From Geotalea uraniireducens Rf4 (GTDB taxonomy: Bacteria; Desulfobacterota; Desulfuromonadia; Geobacterales; Geobacteraceae), in assembly GCF_000016745.1 (NCBI RefSeq), contig NC_009483.1, positions 2,460,001-2,492,000 on the forward strand: a stretch of 32,000 bases of DNA, given 5' to 3'. Position numbers and translations under genes: made by a program. Shown one piece after another: positions 24,320-32,000 of the stretch (position 1 is its first letter; the number at the start of each line of letters is the position of its first letter). Below the pieces are notes generated by a model. That model ran no database searches and was not told the DNA's origin. It saw only the letters and a list, made by a program, of their open reading frames with translations.

Positions 24320-24996
24320 CAAGTGGGATAGTTCCCTGACTCGTAGTTTATTGAGCCTCATAAAACCCCGTCCTGTGGGCGGGGTCAGCGTTCGTTGGCT
24401 TTGCCTGTAGATTGCCCATCTGCTACACCTGAACTTGAGTTGTCCCCACAATTCAAGTCGAAAGGAGCAGCAGATGAGCAGGTTTCAGAAGTTATCTCAC
24501 GTTCTATGGCACTGTCAATATCACATTGTTTGGGTGCCGAAGTATCGTTATCGTGTGTTGCGTGGTCCAGTTGCCGAAGAGGTGTATAAGTGTATCCAAG
24601 TGTTTTCGGGTCGTCTTGGTTGCGAAGTGGTGGAGTTGAATGTGCAACCGGATCACGTGCACTTGTTGGTTAAAATTCTTCCGAAGGTATCAGTGTCGGA
24701 ATTCATGGGTGCTATCAAGGGTCGCACGGCTATTCGGGTATTCAAGCAATATCCATATCTCAAAGAACGCCCCTATTGGGGCAACCATTTTTGGGCCGAA
24801 GGTTACTGTGTTGATACAGTTGGTCTTGATGCGGAGATGATCCGCAAGTACGTTGTCTATCAAGAGAAGAAAGAGCGAACAGAAACCAAATAGCAACCTT
24901 ATAAAAGGGGACAACTCGCAGCGTGCCTTCTATGAGGGCACGCATTCAGCACCCCTATGGGGTGCCTTTCAAAGCCCCGTCCTCTGGGCGGGGTTC
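24320..24996 (+). mobile_element. IS200/IS605-family insertion sequence (tnpA only); ends are approximate
   Basis: A Y1 HUH transposase gene is flanked by near-identical subterminal hairpins, CCCCGTCCTGTGGGCGGGG (24366-24384) and CCCCGTCCTCTGGGCGGGG (24975-24993). It fills the otherwise expected short livG-livF junction. Confidence 0.8.
24474..24893 (+). CDS. tnpA: IS200/IS605 family transposase TnpA (Y1 HUH)
   Basis: HCQYHIVWVPKYRYRVL and the HUH motif in PDHVHLLV, about 139 aa. AAAGGAG lies upstream of ATG 24474. A 10-bp hairpin (24433-24458) sits just 5' of the SD. Confidence 0.9.
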   Translation: MSRFQKLSHVLWHCQYHIVWVPKYRYRVLRGPVAEEVYKCIQVFSGRLGCEVVELNVQPDHVHLLVKILPKVSVSEFMGAIKGRTAIRVFKQYPYLKERPYWGNHFWAEGYCVDTVGLDAEMIRKYVVYQEKKERTETK

Positions 24997-24997
24997 T

Positions 24998-25750
24998 TTA
25001 CTCTTCTCCCAGATAGGCCGCAACGACCTCGGGATTTTCCTGTATCTCACGCGGTGTCCCTTCTGCCAGTTTGCGGCCGAGATTCAGGACAACAATGGAG
25101 TCGCAGATATCCATAACCAACTCCATGTCGTGTTCCACGAGCACGACTGTCACACCCATCTCCCTGATCTTTCTTATCAACAGGCTCAGTTCATGGGTTT
25201 CTTTGCTGTTGAGACCTGCCGCAGGCTCGTCCATCAACAGGATTTTCGGTTCGAGGGCCAAGGCACGGGCGATTTCCAGCAAGCGGCCTTTGCCGAACGG
25301 AAGATTGGCTGCTTCCTGTTGAGCCAGATCCGCTATGCCGGTAAACTCCAGCCAGCGCATGGCGTTGTCCCTGATCCGACGTTCTTCACGGAGGTGCCAC
25401 GGCATTTTGAAGGCGCAGGCCAGAAATCCGCTTGAACTTTTGCTGTGAAGGCCGACCATGACATTTTCCAGGACTGTCATCTTGCCGAAAAGCTCAATGT
25501 TCTGGAAGGTCCGCACCATCCCCAGGTAGGCGCGTTTTTCCGAAGGGAGGCGGGATATATCCTTATCTCCCAGCAGGACGGATCCCGATGTCGGGGTGTA
25601 GATACCGGTTACGATATTGAACAGGGTGGTCTTGCCGGCACCGTTCGGGCCGATGATGCCGGTGATCAAATCTTTCCCGATGCTAAAGGATACATCCTCC
25701 AGGGCAGTAATGCCGCCGAACCGTTGGGTTATCTGCCGTACGCTAAGCAT
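24998..25750 (-). CDS. livG: branched-chain-type (HAAT family) ABC transporter ATP-binding protein
   Basis: FGGITALEDVSF, Walker A GPNGAGKTT, the LivG-specific insertion region, LPFGKGRLLEIARAL and LLMDEPAAG. Confidence 0.9.
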   Translation of the reverse strand: MLSVRQITQRFGGITALEDVSFSIGKDLITGIIGPNGAGKTTLFNIVTGIYTPTSGSVLLGDKDISRLPSEKRAYLGMVRTFQNIELFGKMTVLENVMVGLHSKSSSGFLACAFKMPWHLREERRIRDNAMRWLEFTGIADLAQQEAANLPFGKGRLLEIARALALEPKILLMDEPAAGLNSKETHELSLLIRKIREMGVTVVLVEHDMELVMDICDSIVVLNLGRKLAEGTPREIQENPEVVAAYLGEE

Positions 25751-26786
25751 GCTCCCCTCTTTCGACCGGTTTTTTCGGCATTAATCGAGAAAGTAGTCCC
25801 GGGATGCCGAGGACCAGGCCGCCGGGCATGAACATGGTCATAAGGATCAACAACAGGCCGTAGATCACGATGTCGTAATCCTGAAAGGCCCGCAGAATCT
25901 CCGGTAAGAGGGTGAGGAGCACGGCACCGAGGAACGAGCCGTAAATGCTGCCAAGGCCGCCTATGATCACCATGGTGACGAGTTCTATGGAGAAATTAAA
26001 GCCGAAGGACGCCGGTGAGATGAAGGTCATGGTATGGGCATAAAGGCTTCCGGCCAATGACGAGACAACGGCTGAAAGCGTGAATACCTGCACCTTAAGA
26101 AGACGGGCATTGACGCCCATCACCCTGGCGGCGACTTCGGAGTCATGGATGGCCCTGAGTGCCCGGCCGATGCGTGAGTTTACCAGGTTTATGGACAGCA
26201 ACATGATTACCAGGGTAAACGTCCAGATGAGATAATAATTCTTGTAATCGTTATCGAATGCCAGTTTGCCCAGAGAGAGGTTCGGTATCCCTGAAAGTCC
26301 TGATGGCCCACCGGTCAATTCCACTGTTTCATTGAAGATGATGTAGACGATGATGCCGAGACCGAGGGTGGCCATGGCCAGGTAATGGCCTTTAAGTTTC
26401 AAAATCGGAAAGCCGATGAAAAAGGCGATCAGACCGATAGATATTGCCGCTATTACCATTGCCAGCCAGGGGTTGACAGAGTGACTGGCAGTAAGGACCC
26501 CCGAGACATAAGCTCCCAAACCGAAGAAAGCCGCCTGCCCCAGGGATATCTGGCCGGTGAAACCAAGGAGTAGGTTTAATGCTACGGCCAGCATGGTGTT
26601 GATGCCGACGAAAACCAGGACGTTCATCATGTAGCCGCCTGAAAATATGAGGGGGACCAACAAGATGAGGGCAGCGAAAATTATAAATTTTATAACGGTA
26701 TGTTTCACTTTGTGGCCTTTGCGTTTCGACTGATTTTCAAACCCGTTCCGTCTCACCTTTTTTAAACAGTCCCTGGGGTCTGACAA
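25743..26786 (-). CDS. livM: HAAT-family ABC transporter permease
   Basis: A polytopic protein with LNLLLGFTGQISLGQAAFFGLGAY, typical of LivM. The track start 26786 overlaps livH by 50 nt, so GTG 26708 (MKHTVIKF...) is a likelier start. Confidence 0.85.
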   Translation of the reverse strand: MSDPRDCLKKVRRNGFENQSKRKGHKVKHTVIKFIIFAALILLVPLIFSGGYMMNVLVFVGINTMLAVALNLLLGFTGQISLGQAAFFGLGAYVSGVLTASHSVNPWLAMVIAAISIGLIAFFIGFPILKLKGHYLAMATLGLGIIVYIIFNETVELTGGPSGLSGIPNLSLGKLAFDNDYKNYYLIWTFTLVIMLLSINLVNSRIGRALRAIHDSEVAARVMGVNARLLKVQVFTLSAVVSSLAGSLYAHTMTFISPASFGFNFSIELVTMVIIGGLGSIYGSFLGAVLLTLLPEILRAFQDYDIVIYGLLLILMTMFMPGGLVLGIPGLLSRLMPKKPVERGEHA

Positions 26787-27621
26787 AGAGGAGCAGCAAT
26801 AGAATTATGAAGGCGATGGCGTCCTTGTAACCGGAAGAGATGAGACCTGCACCGAGGGATTCAAGCGTTCCCAACACTAAACCGCCGATCACCGTCCCTA
26901 CCCCGCTGCTCATGCCGCCGATTATGGCCGCGCAGAAACCCTTCAAGCCGAGCATGATGCCGACGTCGTAGGCGGTCATGGTAAGTGGGGCGATGATGAT
27001 GCCGGCCATGGAACCAAGCGCTGAGCTGATGACAAAGGAAAACAGAACCATTCTCTTGACATCGATGCCGACCAGACTTGCAGCGCGTCGGTTGAAAGCA
27101 CAGGCGCGCATGGCTTTTCCGCTGATGGTATAATAAAAAAACAGTTTGTTGGCAATGATGACCAACAGGGTAATGGCAAAAATCCAGATATGCTGGGGAA
27201 GAATGGTTGCCCCGGCAACGGATATGGGGTCATTGCCGGAAAATGAAGGAAGTGCATGGGTATCTTTGCCCCAAAGGAGCATGGCCAGCCCTCGTATGAA
27301 GATGCTGGCGCCGATAGTGATTATAACGAGGCTCATCGGTGTGGCATTCTTCAATGGTCGAATTGCCAGCCGTTCAAAGGCGATCCCGGCGGCGGTGGAA
27401 GTGAAAACCGCCAGGGGGATTGAGGCAAACAGCGGAAGTTTCAAGGTCGTGAGAAAGAAAAACGACAGCATACCGCCAAGCATGACGAACTCGCCCTGAG
27501 CAAAATTTATTATCCCGGTTGAGTTGTAGATGATTGCGAAGCCAAGTCCGATAAGTGCGTAGATCGCACCTGTGGAAAGGCCGGAAAGGACATATTGTAG
27601 AATTTGTTGGGATAAATCCAT
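26737..27621 (-). CDS. livH: HAAT-family ABC transporter permease
   Basis: ILQYVLSGLSTGAIYALIGLGFAIIYNSTGIINFAQGE is a typical LivH N-terminus. The protein is polytopic. Confidence 0.9.
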   Translation of the reverse strand: MDLSQQILQYVLSGLSTGAIYALIGLGFAIIYNSTGIINFAQGEFVMLGGMLSFFFLTTLKLPLFASIPLAVFTSTAAGIAFERLAIRPLKNATPMSLVIITIGASIFIRGLAMLLWGKDTHALPSFSGNDPISVAGATILPQHIWIFAITLLVIIANKLFFYYTISGKAMRACAFNRRAASLVGIDVKRMVLFSFVISSALGSMAGIIIAPLTMTAYDVGIMLGLKGFCAAIIGGMSSGVGTVIGGLVLGTLESLGAGLISSGYKDAIAFIILLLLLFVRPQGLFKKGETERV

Positions 27622-27762
27622 CTATGGTTATTCTCGCGTAATACCAATTCCAAATAAAGGCGCTATCTTCGTTGGCTCGTCTTCGGCTCCTCAACGTACG
27701 CAGTTGTACGCCTTCGTCGCCTCAATCCTCGCCGCCTTGATGTCATCCTTGATTTGAAATTG

Positions 27763-27808
27763 GAGTAAGATAAAGGCAGCGCAGGTTAATCCTTAACCTG
27801 CGCTGCCA
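27763..27808 (-). terminator. strong intra-operon hairpin (partial terminator/attenuator) between the binding-protein and permease genes
   Basis: A perfect 15-bp stem, GGCAGCGCAGGTTAA (27776-27790) / TTAACCTGCGCTGCC (27794-27808), with a 3-nt loop. On the reverse strand it is followed by TTTATCTT. Confidence 0.6.
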
Positions 27809-27842
27809 TGCCAGCAAATTACGTTAACAAGAGTGACGATGA

Positions 27843-28985
27843 TTACTTGACCAGCACCCAGTCCTTCTGCTTCACTTCCACGAGAACAAAGGCGTCCTTG
27901 TTGAGACCGGCGTGATCTTGGGGCGCATAAGTGAATACTCCACCAATACCGGCAAAGTTGCGGTTTTTTTCCAACTGGTTGCGGATAGCGGCGGGAGAAT
28001 CCCCTCCCCTTTCGATCGCCCCTTTGAGAAGCATCACCGCATCCCAGGCATGTCCTCCGAAATGATCACCCTCTGCCTTGAAGTGCTTTTGATAATCCTT
28101 GACGAACGAAAGGAGTGATTTCTTCTGGTGGTCAGAGTTGGGAAGCCGGTCTGCAACCAGCACACGTCCCGAGGGGAGAATTATCCCTTCGGCGGCATCT
28201 CCAGCCAAATCGATGAACTTCCTGGAAGAGACCCCGTGGCTCATGTAAATCGGGAATTTAAGGCCCAGTTGTTTGGCGTTTCTGGCAATGACGGCTGGGC
28301 CAGGGTTGGTCCCCCAACAGATCATGGCCTGGGCCTGGCTGCCGCGGATTTTTGTCAGTTGCGAGGTCATGTCGGTGTCCTTCGGTCCGTACGTGTCGTC
28401 GGAAACGATCTTGATACCGAATTTTGCCGCTTGTGCCTTTAACTGCTCACGCCCTGAAGAACCGAATGAGTCGGAGACAGTCAGGATGGCGACCCTGCTG
28501 ATATTACGTCTTTTCAGGTTTTCGTAAATGCGTGCCACGGCCAAAGAATCGTTCTGGGCGGTTTTAAAGACCCATTTTTTTGCCGGCTCGGTGATTTTAA
28601 TCCCTGCAGCGCAGGATATGAGGGGGATCTGCGCCTTTTCCACGATGGGGATGACAGCCATTGTGTCCCCGGTGGTGCTGGGGCCGATGATCGCCGCAAC
28701 CTTGTCCTCCTTGATCAGCCTGGTAGCAGCCTGAACAGCCTTTGTGGCGTCACCCTGGGTGTCGTAAACCACCAGTTGCAGCATGCGTCCCTTGACGCCG
28801 CCGGCTTTGTTTATTTCGTCAACCACCATTTGGGCTGTATTGCGTTCCGGTTCTCCGAGGAAAGAGGCCGGGCCGGTAACGGCAAACAGTGCGCCGATTT
28901 TGATCGGTGCCGCAGCATTAACGGAGCCGGCTGTCAACCATATGAACATAAAAATGAAAATGGGATAAACTATCTTGTTTAACAT
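27843..28985 (-). CDS. Liv-type (family 4) periplasmic solute-binding protein, copy 1
   Basis: Signal peptide MLNKIVYPIFIFMFIWLTAGSVNA, then IKIGALFAVTGPASFLGEPE and AIIGPSTTGDTMAV. ATG 28985 has GGAGGAG upstream. The track start 29021 reads through the intergenic spacer. Confidence 0.9.
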   Translation of the reverse strand: MLNKIVYPIFIFMFIWLTAGSVNAAAPIKIGALFAVTGPASFLGEPERNTAQMVVDEINKAGGVKGRMLQLVVYDTQGDATKAVQAATRLIKEDKVAAIIGPSTTGDTMAVIPIVEKAQIPLISCAAGIKITEPAKKWVFKTAQNDSLAVARIYENLKRRNISRVAILTVSDSFGSSGREQLKAQAAKFGIKIVSDDTYGPKDTDMTSQLTKIRGSQAQAMICWGTNPGPAVIARNAKQLGLKFPIYMSHGVSSRKFIDLAGDAAEGIILPSGRVLVADRLPNSDHQKKSLLSFVKDYQKHFKAEGDHFGGHAWDAVMLLKGAIERGGDSPAAIRNQLEKNRNFAGIGGVFTYAPQDHAGLNKDAFVLVEVKQKDWVLVK

Positions 28986-29002
28986 TTGGCTCCTCCACCA
29001 AT

Positions 29003-30142
29003 TCAGCGCGCTAACGTCCAATCACCTTTTACGATACGTACCATTTCGAACGCGGAAAGATCCAAGCCGTTATGGTCATTGGTTGACATGTTGAATACGC
29101 CGGAAACTCCTACCATCCTGGTGCTCTGCTCGATGCCGTTTCTGATCTGCCCCGGCGTTGCCCCGGACTTCTTGATGGCATTGATTAACAGCTGGAATCC
29201 GTCATATGCATAACCACCAAATGTGGATGCTTCCACCCCGTATGCCTTCCTGTACGCCTGATCATACTCCTTGAGGAGCTTATGCTGTGGGTCGGTTTTC
29301 TTCAACAGCTCATATATTGCCAGTTTGCCGGCAGGGAGTATTACTCCTTCTGCGGCATCAGCCCCGGCCAGTTCGATGAATTTCTTTGATGCGACGCCGT
29401 GACTCTGGTAGAGAGGTATCTTCATGCCCAGTTGCTTCAGGTTTCTGGTTATTACCGCAGGACCGGGGTTGGTTCCCCAGCAGATTATCGCATCGGGCTT
29501 GGCTCCCTTGATCTTGGTGAGTTGCGCCGTCATGTCGGTGTCTTTCGGTGAATAGACCTCGTCGGCGACTATTTTGAAGCCCTTCCTGGACGCCATTTCT
29601 TTCAGTTGTTCGCGTCCGGAAGAGCCGAAAGAATCGGAAACGGTCAATAGGGCTATGCTTTTCTGCTTGCGTTTCTCCGCAAAATTGAGAATTTTCTCGG
29701 CAGCAACATGGTCGTTGGCCGGTGTCTTGAACACCCATCTTTTTACCGGATTGGTTATCTTGATACCGGCGGCACAGGATATGAGAGGAATCTGTTCCTT
29801 TTCCACGATCGGTATTACGGCCATGGTTTCACCCGTTGTGCTCGGCCCGATAATCGCCACAACCTTGTCGTTCTTGATAAGTTTGTTGGCCAGTTGAACA
29901 GCCTTGGTTGCATCTCCCTGGGTATCGTAGACCACCAGTTCAATCTTGCTCCCCTTGATTCCACCTTTTGCATTGATTTCTTTTACCAGCATCTCAAGGG
30001 TGCTTTTCTCAGGCTCGCCAAGAAAAGAGGCCGGACCGGTGACCGAAAACAGTGCCCCGATTCTTATGGCGGGAGCAGCCAGCGCCGAAGTTACGGAAAA
30101 CATCATTACAATGCCCAGTGCGAATAATACGATTTTCCTCAT
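29003..30142 (-). CDS. Liv-type (family 4) periplasmic solute-binding protein, copy 2 (tandem paralogue)
   Basis: Signal peptide MRKIVLFALGIVMMFSVTSALA, then IRIGALFSVTGPASFLGEPE and AIIGPSTTGETMAV. ATG 30142 has AAGGAG 6 nt upstream. Confidence 0.9.
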   Translation of the reverse strand: MRKIVLFALGIVMMFSVTSALAAPAIRIGALFSVTGPASFLGEPEKSTLEMLVKEINAKGGIKGSKIELVVYDTQGDATKAVQLANKLIKNDKVVAIIGPSTTGETMAVIPIVEKEQIPLISCAAGIKITNPVKRWVFKTPANDHVAAEKILNFAEKRKQKSIALLTVSDSFGSSGREQLKEMASRKGFKIVADEVYSPKDTDMTAQLTKIKGAKPDAIICWGTNPGPAVITRNLKQLGMKIPLYQSHGVASKKFIELAGADAAEGVILPAGKLAIYELLKKTDPQHKLLKEYDQAYRKAYGVEASTFGGYAYDGFQLLINAIKKSGATPGQIRNGIEQSTRMVGVSGVFNMSTNDHNGLDLSAFEMVRIVKGDWTLAR

Positions 30143-30167
30143 AGCAAGCTCCTTTGATAACAGGTGG

Positions 30168-30599
30168 TTACATACTGTAAAGTCTTTCACCGGCAAGGAC
30201 ATTGAAACCGTTGTCAAGCAAAGCTTTTATCGCTTTTTCGGTTTCATCGAATCGAAAGATAATAACCGCATTTTCACCGCAACGTTCAACGAAAGCATAC
30301 ATGTATTCGACGTTTATGGATTTACTGTCAAGCGCCAGGAGGATTTCCGAGAGTCCGCCGGGGCGGTCGGGAACCTCTACAGCGACGACTTCGGTTTTGC
30401 TGACCGTAAAGCCCTTTTCTTTCAGGACATTATTCGCTTTCTCCCGGTCATTGACGATCAGCCGCAGAATGCCGAAATCAGAGGTGTCGGCGAGGGACAG
30501 GGCGCGGATGTTGATGCCGGCCTCTCCCAGGATGCGGGTCACCTCCGCCAGACGGCCTGACTTGTTTTCAATAAAGATGGAGATCTGTTCTACCTGCAT
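30168..30599 (-). CDS. tandem ACT-domain small-molecule-binding protein
   Basis: [35 protein letters not shown], and a second repeat [34 protein letters not shown] 30599 has AGGGGG upstream. Confidence 0.85.
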   Translation of the reverse strand: MQVEQISIFIENKSGRLAEVTRILGEAGINIRALSLADTSDFGILRLIVNDREKANNVLKEKGFTVSKTEVVAVEVPDRPGGLSEILLALDSKSINVEYMYAFVERCGENAVIIFRFDETEKAIKALLDNGFNVLAGERLYSM

Positions 30600-30624
30600 G
30601 ATTGCCCCCTTTAAAAGCCATTTC

Positions 30625-31929
30625 TTAAGAATCAATAGTTCGGTTGTCTATTACTCTTTTGGCTTTACCTTCACTGCGCATGATGGTTTTCGGCTCTACC
30701 AATCGCACCTTGCATGTTACTCCCAGTAAATCCTTGATCTCTTTCTCGATGGTATGTGACAAGGCCTGAAGATGTTTGACCTCATCGGAAAAGATGTTTT
30801 CGTCCACCTCTACCTGTACCTCAAGGATGTCCAGGTTTTCCTTCCTGTCGACAATCAGCAGGTAGTGGGGTTCTACCCCTTCGATACCCATCAGAATTGA
30901 TTCGATCTGCGACGGGAAGACGTTGACGCCGCGGATGATGAGCATATCGTCGCTGCGGCCACTCATACGGCTAATCCTGGCATGGGTCCTGCCGCAAACA
31001 CACGGCTCATAGGTAATGCTGGTGATGTCCCTGGTGCGGTAACGGAGCAGCGGGATTCCTTCTTTGGTAATGGTAGTTATAACCAGTTCCCCCTTGACTC
31101 CGGGAGGGAGAACCGCACCACTGTCCGGGTCGATGATTTCGGGGATAAAATGGTCTTCCCAGATATGCAATCCCTGCTTCGCTTCCTGGCACTCAATGGC
31201 TACCCCGGGCCCCATTATCTCGGATAGCCCGTATATGTCGATGGCGGAGAGGTTAAGCTTTGCCTCGATTTCACTTCGCATGGAGTCGGACCATGGTTCT
31301 GCCCCGAAAATACCGACACGCAGGTTGAGCCCCTTGAAATCGATACCTTCTTCCCTTGCCGCCTCGGCCATATAGAGCGAATAGGAGGGGGTGCAGGTGA
31401 GCACGGTCGAACCGAAGTCCTTCATGATCATGATTTGTTTCTTGGTGTTTCCGCCGGACATGGGAATAACCGATGCCCCCAGCTTTTCGGCGCCATAGTG
31501 CGCGCCCAAACCGCCGGTAAAAAGACCGTAACCATAGGAATTATGGATGATGTCCCCCTTATGGGCGCCGGCAGCGACGAACGAGCGGGCCATAAGTTCG
31601 GACCATGTGTCGATGTCTTTCTGTGTGTATCCGACCACCGTCGGTTTGCCGGTAGTGCCGGATGAGGCGTGGATACGGACGATGTCCTCCATCTTTGCCG
31701 CAAACAGTCCGTAAGGATAACTATCGCGCATGTCCTGCTTGCAGGTGAAAGGAAGCCGCTGAAGATCTGCCAGAGATGTGACCTGTTCCGGTTTGATACC
31801 AGCTTTGTCAAGGGATTGGCGATAAAACGGGACGCGGGAGTAAACACGCTCCACCATGGCCTTGAGCCGTTTCAACTGCAATGCTTCAAGGGCCGGCCTG
31901 GGGAGGGTTTCAAACTCTTCGTTGAACAT
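30625..31929 (-). CDS. paaK: phenylacetate--CoA ligase family (PaaK-like) adenylating enzyme, copy 2
   Basis: 434 aa and colinear with copy 1: [37 protein letters not shown] and [16 protein letters not shown]. Confidence 0.85.
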   Translation of the reverse strand: MFNEEFETLPRPALEALQLKRLKAMVERVYSRVPFYRQSLDKAGIKPEQVTSLADLQRLPFTCKQDMRDSYPYGLFAAKMEDIVRIHASSGTTGKPTVVGYTQKDIDTWSELMARSFVAAGAHKGDIIHNSYGYGLFTGGLGAHYGAEKLGASVIPMSGGNTKKQIMIMKDFGSTVLTCTPSYSLYMAEAAREEGIDFKGLNLRVGIFGAEPWSDSMRSEIEAKLNLSAIDIYGLSEIMGPGVAIECQEAKQGLHIWEDHFIPEIIDPDSGAVLPPGVKGELVITTITKEGIPLLRYRTRDITSITYEPCVCGRTHARISRMSGRSDDMLIIRGVNVFPSQIESILMGIEGVEPHYLLIVDRKENLDILEVQVEVDENIFSDEVKHLQALSHTIEKEIKDLLGVTCKVRLVEPKTIMRSEGKAKRVIDNRTIDS

Positions 31930-32000
31930 TTTGAGGAAACCTCTCTGTTAAAAGAATTAGGTCTGGTTAAACGGGGGGAACGATATGCTTAATTATGCGC

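Noticed and set aside
1-32000. A window-wide search for tRNA/rRNA genes, CRISPR arrays, reverse transcriptases, toxin-antitoxin pairs or known defence-system gene sets.
   Set aside because: I saw no T-loop/acceptor-type sequences, no regularly spaced direct repeats longer than the 8-bp triplet at 4211, and no such gene products among the ORFs. The queDE genes are in a housekeeping-like context and are not linked to the helicase, which lies 14 kb away on the other side of unrelated operons.

Overview
This is a chromosomal segment with mid-to-high GC content. Its gene content and intergenic repeat families look typical of a Geobacter/Desulfuromonadales-like anaerobe, though that taxonomic call is inference only. 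I found no rRNA, tRNA or CRISPR. Left to right, the window holds: a truncated cupredoxin-like lipoprotein gene, a TVP38/DedA-type membrane protein, an orphan cytoplasmic multi-PAS histidine kinase, and a monocistronic PD-(D/E)XK-nuclease::XPD/DinG Fe-S helicase fusion flanked by small repeat elements. Next come a large polytopic membrane protein with C-terminal TPRs, then an S10 serine carboxypeptidase translationally coupled to a periplasmic-SBP-domain histidine kinase and a sigma-54 (NtrC-type) activator. A reverse-strand FIST / HisKA_2 kinase / REC-PAS operon follows. A Dcu-family C4-dicarboxylate transporter sits behind a well-spaced -24/-12 promoter with upstream palindromes, followed by a queD-queE-creatininase-family operon. 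The last ~10 kb is a reverse-strand cluster of PaaK ligase, ACT protein, two tandem Liv-type binding proteins, LivH, LivM, LivG, LivF and a second PaaK ligase. An IS200/IS605-type element is inserted exactly between livG and livF. I found no recognisable defence island. The most interesting items are the nuclease-helicase fusion, the peptidase/sensor/sigma-54 module with its possible link to the dcu promoter, the probable aryl-acid (not branched-chain amino acid) uptake and activation cluster with its IS insertion, and the creatininase-fold gene tied to queDE. Many long ORFs in the supplied track are antisense or alternate-frame artefacts of GC-rich coding DNA and were not called.
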